In this document: one piece after another, positions 26,856 through 40,433 of the stretch | How the letters are laid out: each line of letters begins with the position of its first letter | Numbering within the stretch: position 1 is the first letter of the stretch | Program-made: the position numbers and the translations under genes | Source of the DNA: Octopus vulgaris | Taxonomy: Eukaryota | Length of the DNA stretch: 64,000 nucleotides | Direction of reading: 5' to 3' | Assembly (NCBI GenBank): GCA_951406725.2 | Contig: OX597820.1 | Span: 53,506,001 to 53,570,000, forward strand | Notes under the pieces: model-generated | What the model was told of the DNA's origin: nothing | The model's database searches: none | The model's input: only the letters and a program-made list of their open reading frames with translations

Positions 26856-28582
26856 TGTCTATTTACGGATGGAAAAATTCGATAACTGAAGGTGTTGTAA
26901 CTTTGAACATTGCATGGGTAACATTTGTGGTTGCCGATATAATTTGTAAGCTCACACTGTAACATAGAGTTCCCCAAAACTAAGCCTTTCTGTTTGTTGT
27001 GACTCCAACTCGATGTTGCAACACACTGAAATAATACTTGCGTGAACCCTATCTTTTGTTTTCATTGCATAATTTCTCTCTTGAGTAAGTATAATAAACT
27101 CTCTTAACAATTCTCAGTTATACATTTTAGAAACAAATACACCCCGCATAGAATATACAAGAGATCGTTACAAGCTCTAGAAGCCATCATGAAACCTATA
27201 AAATGAATTATATACGTGTGTGTGTGACTGTGTCGGGAAATCTTAAACAGTATAATCATAATATATATTATATTTGGTATTTAAGTTCACAAAATATACA
27301 TTAAAAAGCTTTTAGTACATTTTGTCAGTTAATGGAATACGTGTTCAAAGAAAGTATGGAAAATGGAAAATACGAATATAATGCTTCATTAATAGGTTTA
27401 AAATTGTGACTGTTTGAGCAAAACCGATGTTATTTTTTAATTCAAAACCTTATAATATAAAGAAATACGAAAATAATATATCGATGATGGTCAATGTAAT
27501 TGGTGAACTGTTTATGAAAGAGAAGACTTGAACAAAAACTTAATTACTTTAGCAAGACTTACATCATTATAAACACTCCAAATATTTCTACTGGCTACAT
27601 AACTTTTAGATTACAGCACAAATTCTACGCAATTTAGTTCCACAACTAAAAAGTATTACACAACTATTACCTTGTAATAGTATCAGAGATAGCTACTACT
27701 TGGTTACTTATGTTGTTAGAAACAATAACCAAATGTCCTTTAAATTAATACTGTGTGAAGCACATTCATTAAAGTAGTGATAACAATATGAACAAGAAGA
27801 CGAGATGGACTGTTAGAATGCCTCTGAATATATTTCACTATCACAGCATACACATCTAATATTCTATACAATTCCATATCGGTCATATAATGTAACTTTT
27901 ACAGCTATATCATAAATTTCGCCACGTGTAATACACAATCACCTCCCAATACGATAACACATTTTACGCTCCTTGTATTCTATATATCACACCCGAATAC
28001 TATAACAAAAGTTACGAAGAAACTTCTACGGCTTCGTTTGAGGCAATGCGAAATCTTACGTATGGTCAGAGGTTATGCTAGAAATAGCAAAAACATCGCC
28101 TTTCTTCATGAAACCTCCATCGCCGTAATGATCACGCAAAAGAAGATCGTCTTTTCCAAAAGGAAGTGGTGAATCGATCATTTCCAGTTCTCTTATTATT
28201 GGCTCTTACTCTTTCTACATTAAATGAAGCCATGTCGGCAAGTATTGTAAAGATAACAAAATAACACAAAAAAAATTAAATGTTTGTTTTAAACAGTCTT
28301 TCTTCTTGTGGCAGATATGGTGACGTTTCAAATGTCCTGATGTTTATAAAATCCAAACAGGAGTCTTATTTTATTCAAACAAAAATTTTGAATAATCAAA
28401 AAGTTCTTTTAGAGTTTACAATTCCTCCGTGTGCAACAGACAACCACATCAACATAAATTTATTTTCAGACTACGAGCCATTCATTCGTCAAGAAATGAT
28501 AACAAATCGCTTACTGAACGTAATAATGTACACATAAAGCTATATAGAAACGAAGGGTAAGACACAAATAAAGTTGAAACAC

Positions 28583-29353
28583 AAGCTGGCAGAATCGTTA
28601 GCACGTCGGGTGAAATGCTTAGCGGTACATCGTCTGCCGCTATGTTCTGAGTTCAAATTCCGCCGAGGTCGACTTTGCCTTTCATCCTTTCGGGGTCGAT
28701 TAAATAAGAACCAGTTACGCACTGGGGTCGATATAATCGACTTAATCCCTTTGTCTGTCCTTGTTCGTCCTCTCTGTGTTTAGCCCCTTGTGGGTAGTAA
28801 AGAAATAGGTATATCGTCTGCCGTTACGTTCTGAGTTCAAATTCCACCGAGGTCGACTTTGCCCATCATCCTTTCGGGGTCGATAATTTAAGTAACAGTT
28901 ACGCACTGGGGTCGATGCAAACGACTTAATCCGTTTGTATGTCCTCTCTGTGTTTAGCCCCTTGTGAGTAGTAAAGAAATAGAAATAGGTATTTCGTCTG
29001 CCGGTACGCTCTGAGTTCAAAAACCGCCGAGGTCGACTTTGCCTTTCATTCTTTCGGGGTCGATTAAATAAGTAACAGTTACGCACTGGGGTCGATATAA
29101 TCGACTTAATCCGTCTGTCTATCCTTGTTTGTCTCTTCAGTGTTTAACTCCTTGTGGGTAGTAAAGAAATAGGTATTTCGTCTGCCGTTACGTTTTGAGT
29201 TCAAATTCCGCCGAGGTCGACTTTGCCCTTCATCCTTTCAGGATCGATTAAAGTACCAGTTACGTACTGAGGTCGAGGTAATCGACTTAATCCTTTTGTC
29301 TGGTCTTGTTTGTCCTCTATATGTTTAGCTCCCTGTGGGCAATGAAGAAATAA
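28583..29353 (+). mobile_element. SINE family A tetramer (period 180-184 bp)
   Basis: Units start at 28624, 28808, 28988 and 29172; only the first carries the 5' head. Confidence 0.9.
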
Positions 29354-29590
29354 ATACATTGAGACTTATCATAAAATACATAAATATCTAAAGAAATAAA
29401 GAAGTAAACATAAATATAGAAATCCATCCAGCCACTGTTGAGAAGACGCTACCAATCATCCCATATCACCAAGCACCTACCGGGGGCGATATAGCGTGGC
29501 TACTGCGGTCTAGTGCATTTGCTATCATAGATGAAATGAGAAACATTTCACATTCTCTATGTAGGCTACTTTCTAGTCATGAAACCTAAT

Positions 29591-29921
29591 ATTGCAGCGT
29601 GGAAGGTGTTTATAAGCCATTTAAGAAACACACAAAAACCGTTAGATTCACTTCAACATTTAAATTTAATTTGTCAAAATATTTTCGTCGCTTTGAGACC
29701 AAGACCTGTTCACTGACAAAACTTCGTGCTGCATCTCAGTGAACAGGTCGCGGTCTCAAAGCGACGAAAATATTTTGACAAATTAAATTTAAATGTTGAA
29801 GTGAATCTAGCGGTTTTGTGTGTTTCTTAAATGGCTTATAAACACCTTCCACGCTGCAATTGTTTTCATTCCAGCACACGATCTCAGATCAAGTCACTCG
29901 CTATGCAAGTACATCTCCGTA
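29591..29921 (+). mobile_element. Palindromic Penelope-like insertion with 13-bp TSD and G3-C8 hammerhead variant
   Basis: Arms 29591-29716 and 29736-29860 are near-perfect inverted repeats; AAACCTAATATTG occurs at 29582-29594 and 29922-29934. Confidence 0.8.
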
Positions 29922-30956
29922 AAACCTAATATTGTTATCAATAATAGTCAATCACATGAGGGAATTTAATTTTTAATCTTGTTTCTTCTTCTTCAATTAG
30001 CACATCAGTCTCTGTTTCTCCTAACATGCCATTCGTTATAATTATCAGGATCTCACAGGTTCTTAGCACAAACATAAACCACATACTCTCCAGTGGTAGT
30101 AGTAAAATATTACTTTTCGTGTGTCTTACGCTTTTCATTTGGTATAATTTGTTTTCGTTTTTTTTTATGTTTTCGTCCTCATTCTACGCTCCACAAGTGA
30201 CTATCGCTCCTCCTCACTGCCCAGTTTCGTTCATCACAAGACCATGGAGTGATGACTACTGGGAGAAGCCACAAGGCGTTTTCTACTGCGTACTATGTGA
30301 CTTTACTGCCCTTTTGTGGGCAGCTGCTGTTTACTGATGTTATTGTCGCCAGTGCTTTCCGCCACAGTTTAATTTTCTTCTCTAGCTGCAGCTCCCCTGG
30401 ATATAAATTGTTCACTCTATTAAATGGAAATAAACTCACTTGGTACTATAAACACTTATTCGAAGGAGTATTGTCAATCAAACAGAAAAACTCACAAACG
30501 AAACAAAATATGAGACATACACAAGGATCACAAGATGGCGTGTTTCAGTCATTACTGGAAGTGAAAGTATGCAATAAATAAATGATTAAAACTACTGAAA
30601 AATAAATTCAATAATAATAGTAATATTTCATATCGACACAAGCAATTTTCCATTATTATTCGCCATAAAAATTGTTTTTATTGGCCACAAGAGCCCAGGA
30701 TGTTGAGGACATTCCAAAAGCGAAAAGTGAAAGTAACAATAAAAAATATACTGAGAAACATACATCAACCAGAAGGGCCAAAGCAGCAATAACAATTTAA
30801 TAAAATATTATCAAATGGAAACAATATCCATAGACGTCACTCGGAATCGAGTATGAGTTGGTAATGTGTAACATGGTTGCGCTAATTGCTCTCGGTTTTT
30901 ATGCAACAGCAAGTACGCATACGGACCTCTCATCATTTACCCCAAAAATATTGAAC

Positions 30957-31078
30957 ACTAGCAGTATAACCCGGTTTTGCCCGGAATTAAATTAGGATTA
31001 TTATGCTAATAATGTTCTTTATTTCAAACCAAACTAACATCGACGTCAAATTTGGGTGAAATCCGTTGAAATTAGTTT

Positions 31079-31168
<90 letters not shown>

Positions 31169-31568
31169 GGGTGGGGGGAAACACACACACGTACGTAGGT
31201 ACAGCTATTGCATACATGTTTTTTGTACGCATGAATGTTCGTGTGTGTGTGTGTGTGTGTGTGAGTGTGTGTGTGATGCACGTATATCAACAAAACACTT
31301 TTTTCCGCGATGGAAAAAAAAACAATAAAAGCCTTAACAAAAACTTACTCGTCGCTAGAAGGGAACTTAACTCTTGTTTGCAAACAATGATGATTTCATC
31401 GACTTGAAAATTGTTAAAAGTTTTGGTTGGAAATTTATTTTTACTGCTATATGCCGGTGCCTCTGGGGAAAATAAGTTGATGAAAATACAGCTAGTATCA
31501 TGACGAATATCCTCCTAAAATTGGAGTAATATGCGTGCTAATTTGTAGACGTGCATAAATTACATTCA

Positions 31569-31600
<32 letters not shown>

Positions 31601-31625
31601 GCCTGCATTTTCTATATACAGATAG
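30957..31625 (+). mobile_element. Helitron/HINE-like non-autonomous element with internal microsatellites
   Basis: Starts ACTAGCAGTATAACCCGGTTTTGCCCGG (short hairpin); ends (CA)n...TTTCTATATACAGAT, resembling HINE-like termini. Confidence 0.5.
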
Positions 31626-32375
31626 GACAAGTGGTGTGAGTCAGGATTGCATATACACTAAGCTTGTACTCATTTTATTTGAGTAGATTGGAGAAATCTG
31701 AAATGAAATGCCTTGCTCAAAGACATAACAGTCAGGGAAATTGAATAAACGTTTTTATGTTAGTGTGTCTAACAACCATAAACACTAGGCCATACAATAA
31801 ATAAATAGCCATAAATTGCTGGAAAAACACAAATGCCAATAATAAAAAATCCTAAAAAATAGAATGCAATCACATAGTGCTTCAAGGCAAACGAAATAAC
31901 TTCGAATATTGTTACCAGAACAAATCCTAAAACTAAATAGTTAGTGAATAGGTCCATTTACTCAAGTGCTAATTACATCAGTCTCTCTTAATTTCAACCA
32001 GAGACATAGGGACAAAAATTTCGTGAGAGCATAGATTCGATCAGTTCATGATTGGTAGTCTGAACATTGATCTTGCAGTGATGAAAACTAAAGATGTCAA
32101 CGACAGAATATGTTCATAGACTAAAATGAGTCAACTGAGAAGTTTAACCTACACGCATGTATAGATGTGAAACGTGCGTTTATAAATGCACGAATATATA
32201 TATATGTGTATCCACGCTCGAGCACCCATGATTGTGTTTTCGTTATTGTACGAGTACACGGGAATACGTGCGTCAAGACATTTATAAGTATTAATTAATG
32301 AATATGTACGTGTGGTGATTTCGCATCTCTCTTAATCTTTATCACACAGTCTTTCTCTCAGTATACATACATACA

Positions 32376-32433
<58 letters not shown>

Positions 32434-32437
<4 letters not shown>

Positions 32438-32733
32438 CGTGACCGACTAGGCTATCAGATGTTGCTACACATCGCTGGTCACAATGCGCTTCGCATTGTT
32501 TTAGCCTTCAAATGACGCCACCCCGCTGGCTAAGCGAGCAGGCCAACAGAAGAAAGAGTGAGAGAAAGTTGTGGTGAAAGAGTACAGCAGGGTTCGCCAC
32601 CACCCCCTGCTGAAGCCTCGTGGAACTTTAGGTGTTTTCGCTCAATAAACACTCACAACGCCCGATCTGGGAATCGAAATCGCGATCCTCCGACCGCGAG
32701 TCCGCTGCCCTAACCACTGGGCCATTGCGCCTC

Positions 32734-32734
<1 letters not shown>
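32434..32734 (-). mobile_element. SINE family C, tail a, full length
   Basis: Reverse complement of 4292-4574, with an intact tRNA head. Confidence 0.92.
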
Positions 32735-32822
<88 letters not shown>

Positions 32823-32851
32823 GTATATGTGTGTGTGTGTGGGTGTATACT

Positions 32852-33350
32852 GAGAAACGACCCTTCATCAGTTGTCGGCTGTATATCTACTCTACATTTC
32901 GTGGATTCAACTACACTATGATTTTTCAAAGACAGTTTTTTAGAATTTATAGATTGTCGAAGTTGAGAACAAAAACAGGTTAATGGCGACATACAAGGAA
33001 ACCGAACGAATACAAACATTGGGGGTCGTTAGAGCAGAATGGTTTGAAAATATTGAACGCTGGGAGAAATATTTTCTTTGAAAAGAGAAAAGATAGGAGA
33101 GAAAAAAGTCCAGTACTTTGAACGCCCGTGCAGGAAAATAAAGATGTTCACGTGAGGAAAGGAAAGATGGATGATGGTCACGTGTGAGCAACGAGAGAGA
33201 GAAAAAGAGAAAGAGAGGGACAGAGAAAGAAGGAGGAGGAGAAAAATAGAATTACAGATGTATGGATGAAAAATCAGTACAGAGTAGAGTTGCATTAAAA
33301 AGGTGAAGATAAACTGACTTGGTAACGGATGCATGGCATTCAATTATAAA
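32852..33350 (-). mobile_element. Penelope-like element family P2
   Basis: 32852-32935 is the inverted homologue of 33505-33591; contains CGAAA-N25-CTGATGA on the minus strand. Confidence 0.5.
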
Positions 33351-33412
33351 ATAATAAATAATATATATACATATATAGTGAGTGAAAGTTGTGGTCAAAG
33401 AGTCAGAAGAAG

Positions 33413-33472
<60 letters not shown>

Positions 33473-33473
33473 G

Positions 33474-33678
33474 TATGGGTACAGGACGTCTTCACATGTG
33501 TAAGCAACTGTGTTTGAAGACTCAAAATGTCGTTGAATGCTCGAAATGACGAATAGATAGACAGCTGACAACTGATGAAGGGTCGTTTCTCTGTGCTTAC
33601 TTCTCCTGTTTTCCATTTTTTCTCTCATTGTTTACGCATTTCACGTTGTTTACACAGTTGGTGACGTCCAGTACCCAT
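33474..33678 (+). mobile_element. Penelope-like element family P2 with inverted termini
   Basis: ATGGGTACAGGACGTC ... GACGTCCAGTACCCAT; CTGATGA at 33572-33578; flanked by (TA)n. Confidence 0.55.
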
Positions 33679-33715
33679 ATATTATTTACCACTAATATTA
33701 TTATCATTATATATA

Positions 33716-33760
<45 letters not shown>

Positions 33761-33837
33761 TTGAGGAGAATATATAGTTAGATAGATAAACTGATAAATA
33801 CATAGATGGATAGATAGACTGATAGATAGATACAAGG

Positions 33838-33951
<114 letters not shown>

Positions 33952-34649
33952 TGCATTTGCGTTACCTGTATTTTCACATATATAATTTTGTGAATTTGTT
34001 ATATACATGATGATGATTATGGTGATGGTGATGATGACGATGAGGAGGAGGAGGAAGGAGGAGGAAGGAGGAGGAGGAGGAGGAGGAGGACATGACAACA
34101 ATAATAGCAAATACAGATTATAGACAAATACCACACATTTATTCTCTTATTTCTCTAACTCATTCTATATCCCTCAGCAAACACCTCATTGCGGCTCCTT
34201 TGTAAAGTCAATAAAAGAAAATGGTTTTGAATCTCTGTCACCTGGCATATTAACACGTATATTCCGCTTAACATTACTTGAATGGCGACTTACTACAATC
34301 TCTCCTTTAGCTAAATTTTTTCCTCGTAAGTACATGTACGTGTGTGAAGTTATGTGTATTTCAAAGTGTAAATTCATAAATATTTGCATATTTGCCTGTG
34401 TCAGAGATTTTGTGTACTTTTCTATAATTGATGTACATTTATACATATTCCTTGATATACCTTATCTTCAATACATTTATAGTCATATGCATGCGTTAAG
34501 TACAAACATACATACATCGTGCACGTATAAGTACATAGCTTCATATAATCACTCAGACGAACACATGTATTTGCACATGTATACGTCCACACACACACAT
34601 ATATATGCATGTATGTGTATATATATATGTATATATATATTGTCAATCA

Positions 34650-35021
34650 TAAAAGGTTAAAATTAATTAATTATTAATTAATTTTACCAAGTAGTGTTCA
34701 GTATGTAAAAAGACCATTTATGGTATATTTAAAACATATATGTATATATATGTGTATATATATGTATATATATATAATAAATTAATAAATAAAATAAAAC
34801 ATATGCATATATACATACATATATGTACGTACCTACCTCTACATGTATATATACATGTATATATGGGTACAGGACATAAAAAAAAACGTCGAACACAATG
34901 AGAAACGAAAACACAAAACCAAGGAAATGGATATTTCTTAAACAACGAAAAAATAGAGTACAGGACATACAATACAAGGAAAATTCCCCTTCTTCAGTCG
35001 CCCTTGTTTCATCTAATCTGC

Positions 35022-35022
<1 letters not shown>
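34650..35022 (-). mobile_element. Penelope-like element family P3
   Basis: Shares ATGGGTACAGGAC with P2; minus strand CTGAAGAAGGGGAATTTTCC; truncated by (TA)n. Confidence 0.5.
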
Positions 35023-35058
<36 letters not shown>

Positions 35059-35207
35059 TATAATTTTGGCAACTGTTGTTCAGCAAATATATGCAACTCA
35101 ATAATGGAAGCAAATAAACATCGGAGAGGTACGGCTTCCATCTTCAGAGTGGAGTTACAAATATCTAACTATAAAATCTATATAAGTATATACATACTTT
35201 GTTTTTT

Positions 35208-35503
35208 TTCCCTCCTTGACCTATGCCTGACTCGTAAGGGCCAGTTTCCCAGTTTCCTTGGCACATAGGTCCCCCACCTGGACGGGACGCCGACCCGTCA
35301 CAGGTGAGCTGCTAGATGCAGGAGGAAGGAGTGAGGGAAAGTTGTGGCGAAAGAGTCAGCAGAAGTTCGCCATTACCGCCCGCCGGAGCCGCGTGGAGCT
35401 TAGGTGTATCACTCATAAACACACACATAACCCGGTCTGAGATTCGAACCCGCGATCCCTCGACTGCGAATCCGCTGCTCTAACCACTAGGCCAAGTGCC
35501 CCC
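35208..35503 (-). mobile_element. SINE family C relative with V-domain-like tail
   Basis: tRNA head TGGCCTAGTGG / GGTTCGAATC; tail GGCGTCCCGTCCAGG...GAAACTGGGAAAC. Confidence 0.8.
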
Positions 35504-35512
35504 ACACACATA

Positions 35513-35606
<94 letters not shown>

Positions 35607-35628
35607 CATACATACATACATACATACA

Positions 35629-35659
<31 letters not shown>

Positions 35660-36859
35660 GCGTGTATATATGTATGCATGCATGTAAGTATTCATGAATT
35701 TACGTATAGATCTATAGATACATATATTGCTTATGACATATTTTTGTGGAAGACATGACACCAGTAATTAGCAGCTGCCCCAAAGTATCATCAAGTTACC
35801 ACCTCCCCATGCGGCACGACATTGTCGACAAAACAACATACAATGCCATCTGGAAGAGATTGTCCTGGAATATATCGGGAGTTGTTGAATACATACATCA
35901 TCACAATTACTACTAGTAGAACATTCCCATCACAACATCTATCAGGTGAAAGCTTAACAGGCCAGATATTGCTCTTTAGGACAGAGACAAATATGTATGT
36001 ACCGCGATAGAGGTCAGCTGTTCGGCTGATCTGAATATCTCTTTGAAAATTGAAAGAGAAAGAGGATAACTATAGAGAACTACAGATGCTTTATCCAGAT
36101 TGCAAGTTTATGTTTATGCCAATAATAATTGCTGCGCTTGGTTTAGTGAGTAAATGCCTAACTGACAGTCTCGATAAACTATGATTCCCAGAATAAGAAA
36201 TCAACCAACTAACTTGCATATTACATATCCTATCTGTAAGTGGAACAGTAAATATATACAGGACTTTTCACAAATTTAATACGTGGCATTGTTTTCGTTA
36301 GCAACATTCGATAATGAGGCTTTCTTTCTTTGTGAGAAACCAGCTTCTTCAAACGGAAATTTAAGACGTAAAAACAGAAGGGAACTTCTGTTTTTACATA
36401 CATACATACATGTATATTTACATACATACATACAAGCATATTTACATACATGCATACTTACATGCATACATACATACATACATACATACATACATACATA
36501 CATGCATACATGCATGCATACATGCATGCATGCATGCATACATACATACATACATACATACATACATACATACATGCATACATACATACATACATACATA
36601 CATACATACATACATGTTCCTATATTTCGTGTTTTGCTAAGTAGCGATAGACAGTACCGGAATTGTCGACTTGATTCAAATACGACTAACTTCTCCAAAT
36701 CCTAGTAAGGCAAGACAGAGTAGATTTGCTGATATTCCTGTTCGGTCACGGTGATCACGGTGATGTATGTATGTGTATATATATATGTGTGTGTATACAT
36801 ACGTACATACATACATACATACATACATACATACATACATACATACATACATACATACA

Positions 36860-36890
<31 letters not shown>

Positions 36891-37831
36891 GTAAGTAGTT
36901 TGTTCTGGATATAATACTGCCAAGAGTTCATTTGATGTTTACTGTCCATAAGAGTGAAATATTAACCAGGAGTACACCTGGAAGAGATTTGGTCACCAAA
37001 ACATATATTGTATAGTAAATGTATCGGCGATATTGCTTGATGAAAAGATATAATAACCGCTTGAAATGAAAACCCAGCATTGACATTAATAGGTGGATGT
37101 GAAACTTGATTTTGAAGAGCGTAAATATGTATGAGAGCAAGTGCATAGCATATAACCATCTTAAACGCCTTGCATACCATATGGAACCTGAGAATCAATT
37201 CAGGAAAAGAATTCAAGGCAATACTTAAAATCAAATTTTGTTATATGTATAATGCATCTTGCAAAAAACGGATTTAATAAATAATGAGCGGCATCATGCT
37301 TCTCTTGATATCGGATGACAATATCATATCGTAGCCAAATTTGCAAGTGGCTTGTGTATCAAAGTGCTTTGAACTGCAGGTAGGTTTTGATGCTTTCTAA
37401 GCATGTCAGTCAAATGAACAAGTTGCAACAGCGAGCAGAAACGCTCAAGTTGTGGCGGAGTTTATAAGCCACTGAAGAGTAATCGAAGCAAGCATAAACG
37501 ACGAAAAGAAAGAAAAGAAAACTTCGTATTCAGAGTTGTCATTGATGTATAAAAATTGATTACACTCGGTTCAAGTCGATTTTCGTCATAAATTAGTGTG
37601 CGGATCTGTGTGCCTGTGTGAGAGTTTGCGTAAAGCAACTTTTCCTGCATCATAAGATTGTCAAATGAAGATCAATCCGAAGGAATATAAAAACATACAC
37701 ACATACATGCATACACATGCACGTTCACAAACAAAAATGCACACGCATGCGCATGCATACATACCTATATATATATACACCTATACATATATACACCTTT
37801 ACATATATACACATTTATATATATATATACA

Positions 37832-37999
37832 CCTGTGACTGTGTGGTAAGTAGCTTGCTTACCAACCACATGGTTCCGGGTTCAGTCCCATTGCGTGGCA
37901 CCTTGGCAAGTGTCTTCTACTATAGCTTCGGGCCGACCAAAGCCTGTGAGTGGATTTGGTAGACGGAAACTGAAAGAATCCCGTCGTATATATATATAA

Positions 38000-38053
<54 letters not shown>

Positions 38054-38233
38054 CCAACATCGCTTGTCAACCGATGCTGGTGTGTTTACGTCCCCGTAAC
38101 TTAGCGGTTCGGTAAAAGAGACCGATGGAATAAGTACTAGGCTTACAAAAAATAAGTCCTGGGGTCGATTTGCTCGACTAAAGGCGGTGCTCAAACATGA
38201 CCGCAGTCAATATGACTGAAACAAGTAAAAGAG
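37832..38233 (+). mobile_element. SINE family B
   Basis: Matches 3868-4262. Confidence 0.9.
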
Positions 38234-38404
38234 CATATATATATATATATATATATATGGAGGCGCAATGGCCCAGTGGTTAGGGCAGCGGACTCGCGGT
38301 CGTAGTATTTGTATAACAATACTCGTAACATTGTTGTTATCCAAATACTAAAATACTTATTCTATGTTATTCTGATATTAGAAATTCTGATATCATACAA
38401 AAGG

Positions 38405-38625
38405 TGGAGGCGCGTGGCTCAGTGGTTAGGGAGTTGGATTCATAATTATAAGGTTGTGGTTTCGATTCCTGGACCGGACGACGCATTATGTCCTTCAGCA
38501 AAACACTACATTTCACATTGCTTCACTTCGCTCAGCTGAAAAAAGTGATTAATTCTGCGAGGGACTGGCGTCCCGTCCAGGTGGAGAATATATACGCCAT
38601 GGAAACCGGGAAGCCGGCCCTAAGA
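38405..38625 (+). mobile_element. tRNA-derived SINE with D-like head/body and V-domain-like tail
   Basis: TGGCTCAGTGG, GTTTCGATTCC, GACTGGCGTCCCGTCCAGG. Confidence 0.75.
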
Positions 38626-39118
38626 CTTTATATAAATTAGGAATGAACTTTATCCTTTATGCATGCAAAAGACAGTAATCAAAATCGTCAGAAGGACTTA
38701 CAATGACCATGGAGAACTTTTCCATATCGCATCGATAAAATGGCCCAGAATACTGACAGAATTAGGAATGAATTAATGAAATTGTTCAAATTTTGAGCAT
38801 AAATATCTTGACCTGAATTTTTACCTAAATAATGAACATTCCTGATGTATGTTAAGTAGAAAAGTATTTTTGAATTTTTGGAGATACGTAAACGTGGAAC
38901 TATGTCTAACATTCCAACATATCAACACCATATTTGACATCAACAATAAATGAAATCAACAACCAAGTACTCTCAGGAATCCACTTTACAATTTATGTGT
39001 ATATATATACATAATAATGTCGACATGTGTAATTACATATGCGCGCTGGCGCACGCAGATACACATGGACATATATATATGTGTGTGTGTGTGTGTTTGT
39101 GTGTGTGTGTATGTGTGT

Positions 39119-39407
39119 GTGGTTAGGGTAGCAGACTCACGGTCGTAGTATCGCGGTTTCGATTCCCAGACCGAGCGTTGTGAGTGTTTATTGAGCGAAA
39201 ACACCTAAAAGCTCCACGAGGCTCTGGTAGAGGGGATGGCGATCCCTGCTGTACTCTTTCGCCACAACTTTCTCTCACTCTTTCTTCTGTTGGCCTGCTC
39301 GCTTAGCCAGCGGGGTGGCGTCATTTGAAGGCTAAAACAATGCGAAGCGCATTGTGACCAGCGATGTGTAGCAACATCTGATAGCATGGTCGGTCACGGT
39401 GATCACT

Positions 39408-39411
<4 letters not shown>
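39119..39411 (+). mobile_element. SINE family C, tail a
   Basis: Matches 4292-4574; extreme 5' end lost. Confidence 0.9.
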
Positions 39412-39479
<68 letters not shown>

Positions 39480-39489
39480 TATGTAAAAT

Positions 39490-40147
39490 CAAATGAGATA
39501 ATTTGGCCACATTGTTCGAATGGCGGATGAATGCACACCTAAAGAGATTTTTATGGCCGTCTTGCAGAACGGAAAAGTGATCAGTGTAAACCTAAAAAGA
39601 GGTTTAAGACTGTAAAAGGACTAACATGAAGTCACTTGGATTGGATCCGAAGGTCATAGAAACACTTGCCTGAAATCGAGCTGGATGGCGAATAAAAAGT
39701 GTGAAGTGGTGTGAAAGGTTTTAAAGAAACTCAAAAGGAATTTTAAGAAAAATGCTACGATCAACGGGAAAATGAATCCCAACCAGCTTTTTGTGTGCAC
39801 AATTTGTGACAGACCGTGACTTTCTTTTGCTGGGCTTAATCACTTGTGGACTCATGAAAAACAAACCTCAGCCAACTACTTTGTCTATTTATCTGTACAT
39901 ACCAGTCAATGCCATCCATGTATGCCATAAGATATGTCAATCTAACGGAGGCTTCAAATGACATGTTAAGATCCCCAAAGATCAGAACTTAACTGCAGTT
40001 CTGAATGGTCCAAAGCAGATATGCAATTTTTGTGCGTGTATTTCCAAAGTATTGTCTAGTTTAAAGAGCCATATCAGACGCCATGATAGATCTTAGGTAT
40101 AAGTACAAGAGGTGATCAAACTCTGCATAAGAAGTAGACAACCACCA
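39490..40147 (+). pseudogene. Decayed RTE-clade LINE 3' end with three C2H2 zinc fingers
   Basis: FGHIVRMADECTPKEIF..YGRL...KPKKRFK...LA*NRAGWR, then CTICDRP*LSFAGLNHLWTH, a degenerate second finger, and CNFCACISKVLSSLKSHIRRH (C-x2-C-x12-H-x3-H). Confidence 0.8.
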
Positions 40148-40245
40148 TGTATATATGTATGTATATATGAGTATATATGTGTGTGTGTGCGCGCACGCGT
40201 GCGTGTGTGTGTATACATACATGCATACATACCTACATACATACA

Positions 40246-40284
<39 letters not shown>

Positions 40285-40337
40285 TTATACGTATGCTTGT
40301 ATGTTTGGTATGTATGTATGTATATAGCATTAATTTC

Positions 40338-40433
<96 letters not shown>

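Noticed and set aside
28583-29353. Regular ~184-bp array as a CRISPR or satellite
   Set aside because: Whole units are repeated with no unique spacers, the units are SINE sequence, and the context is eukaryotic with no cas genes
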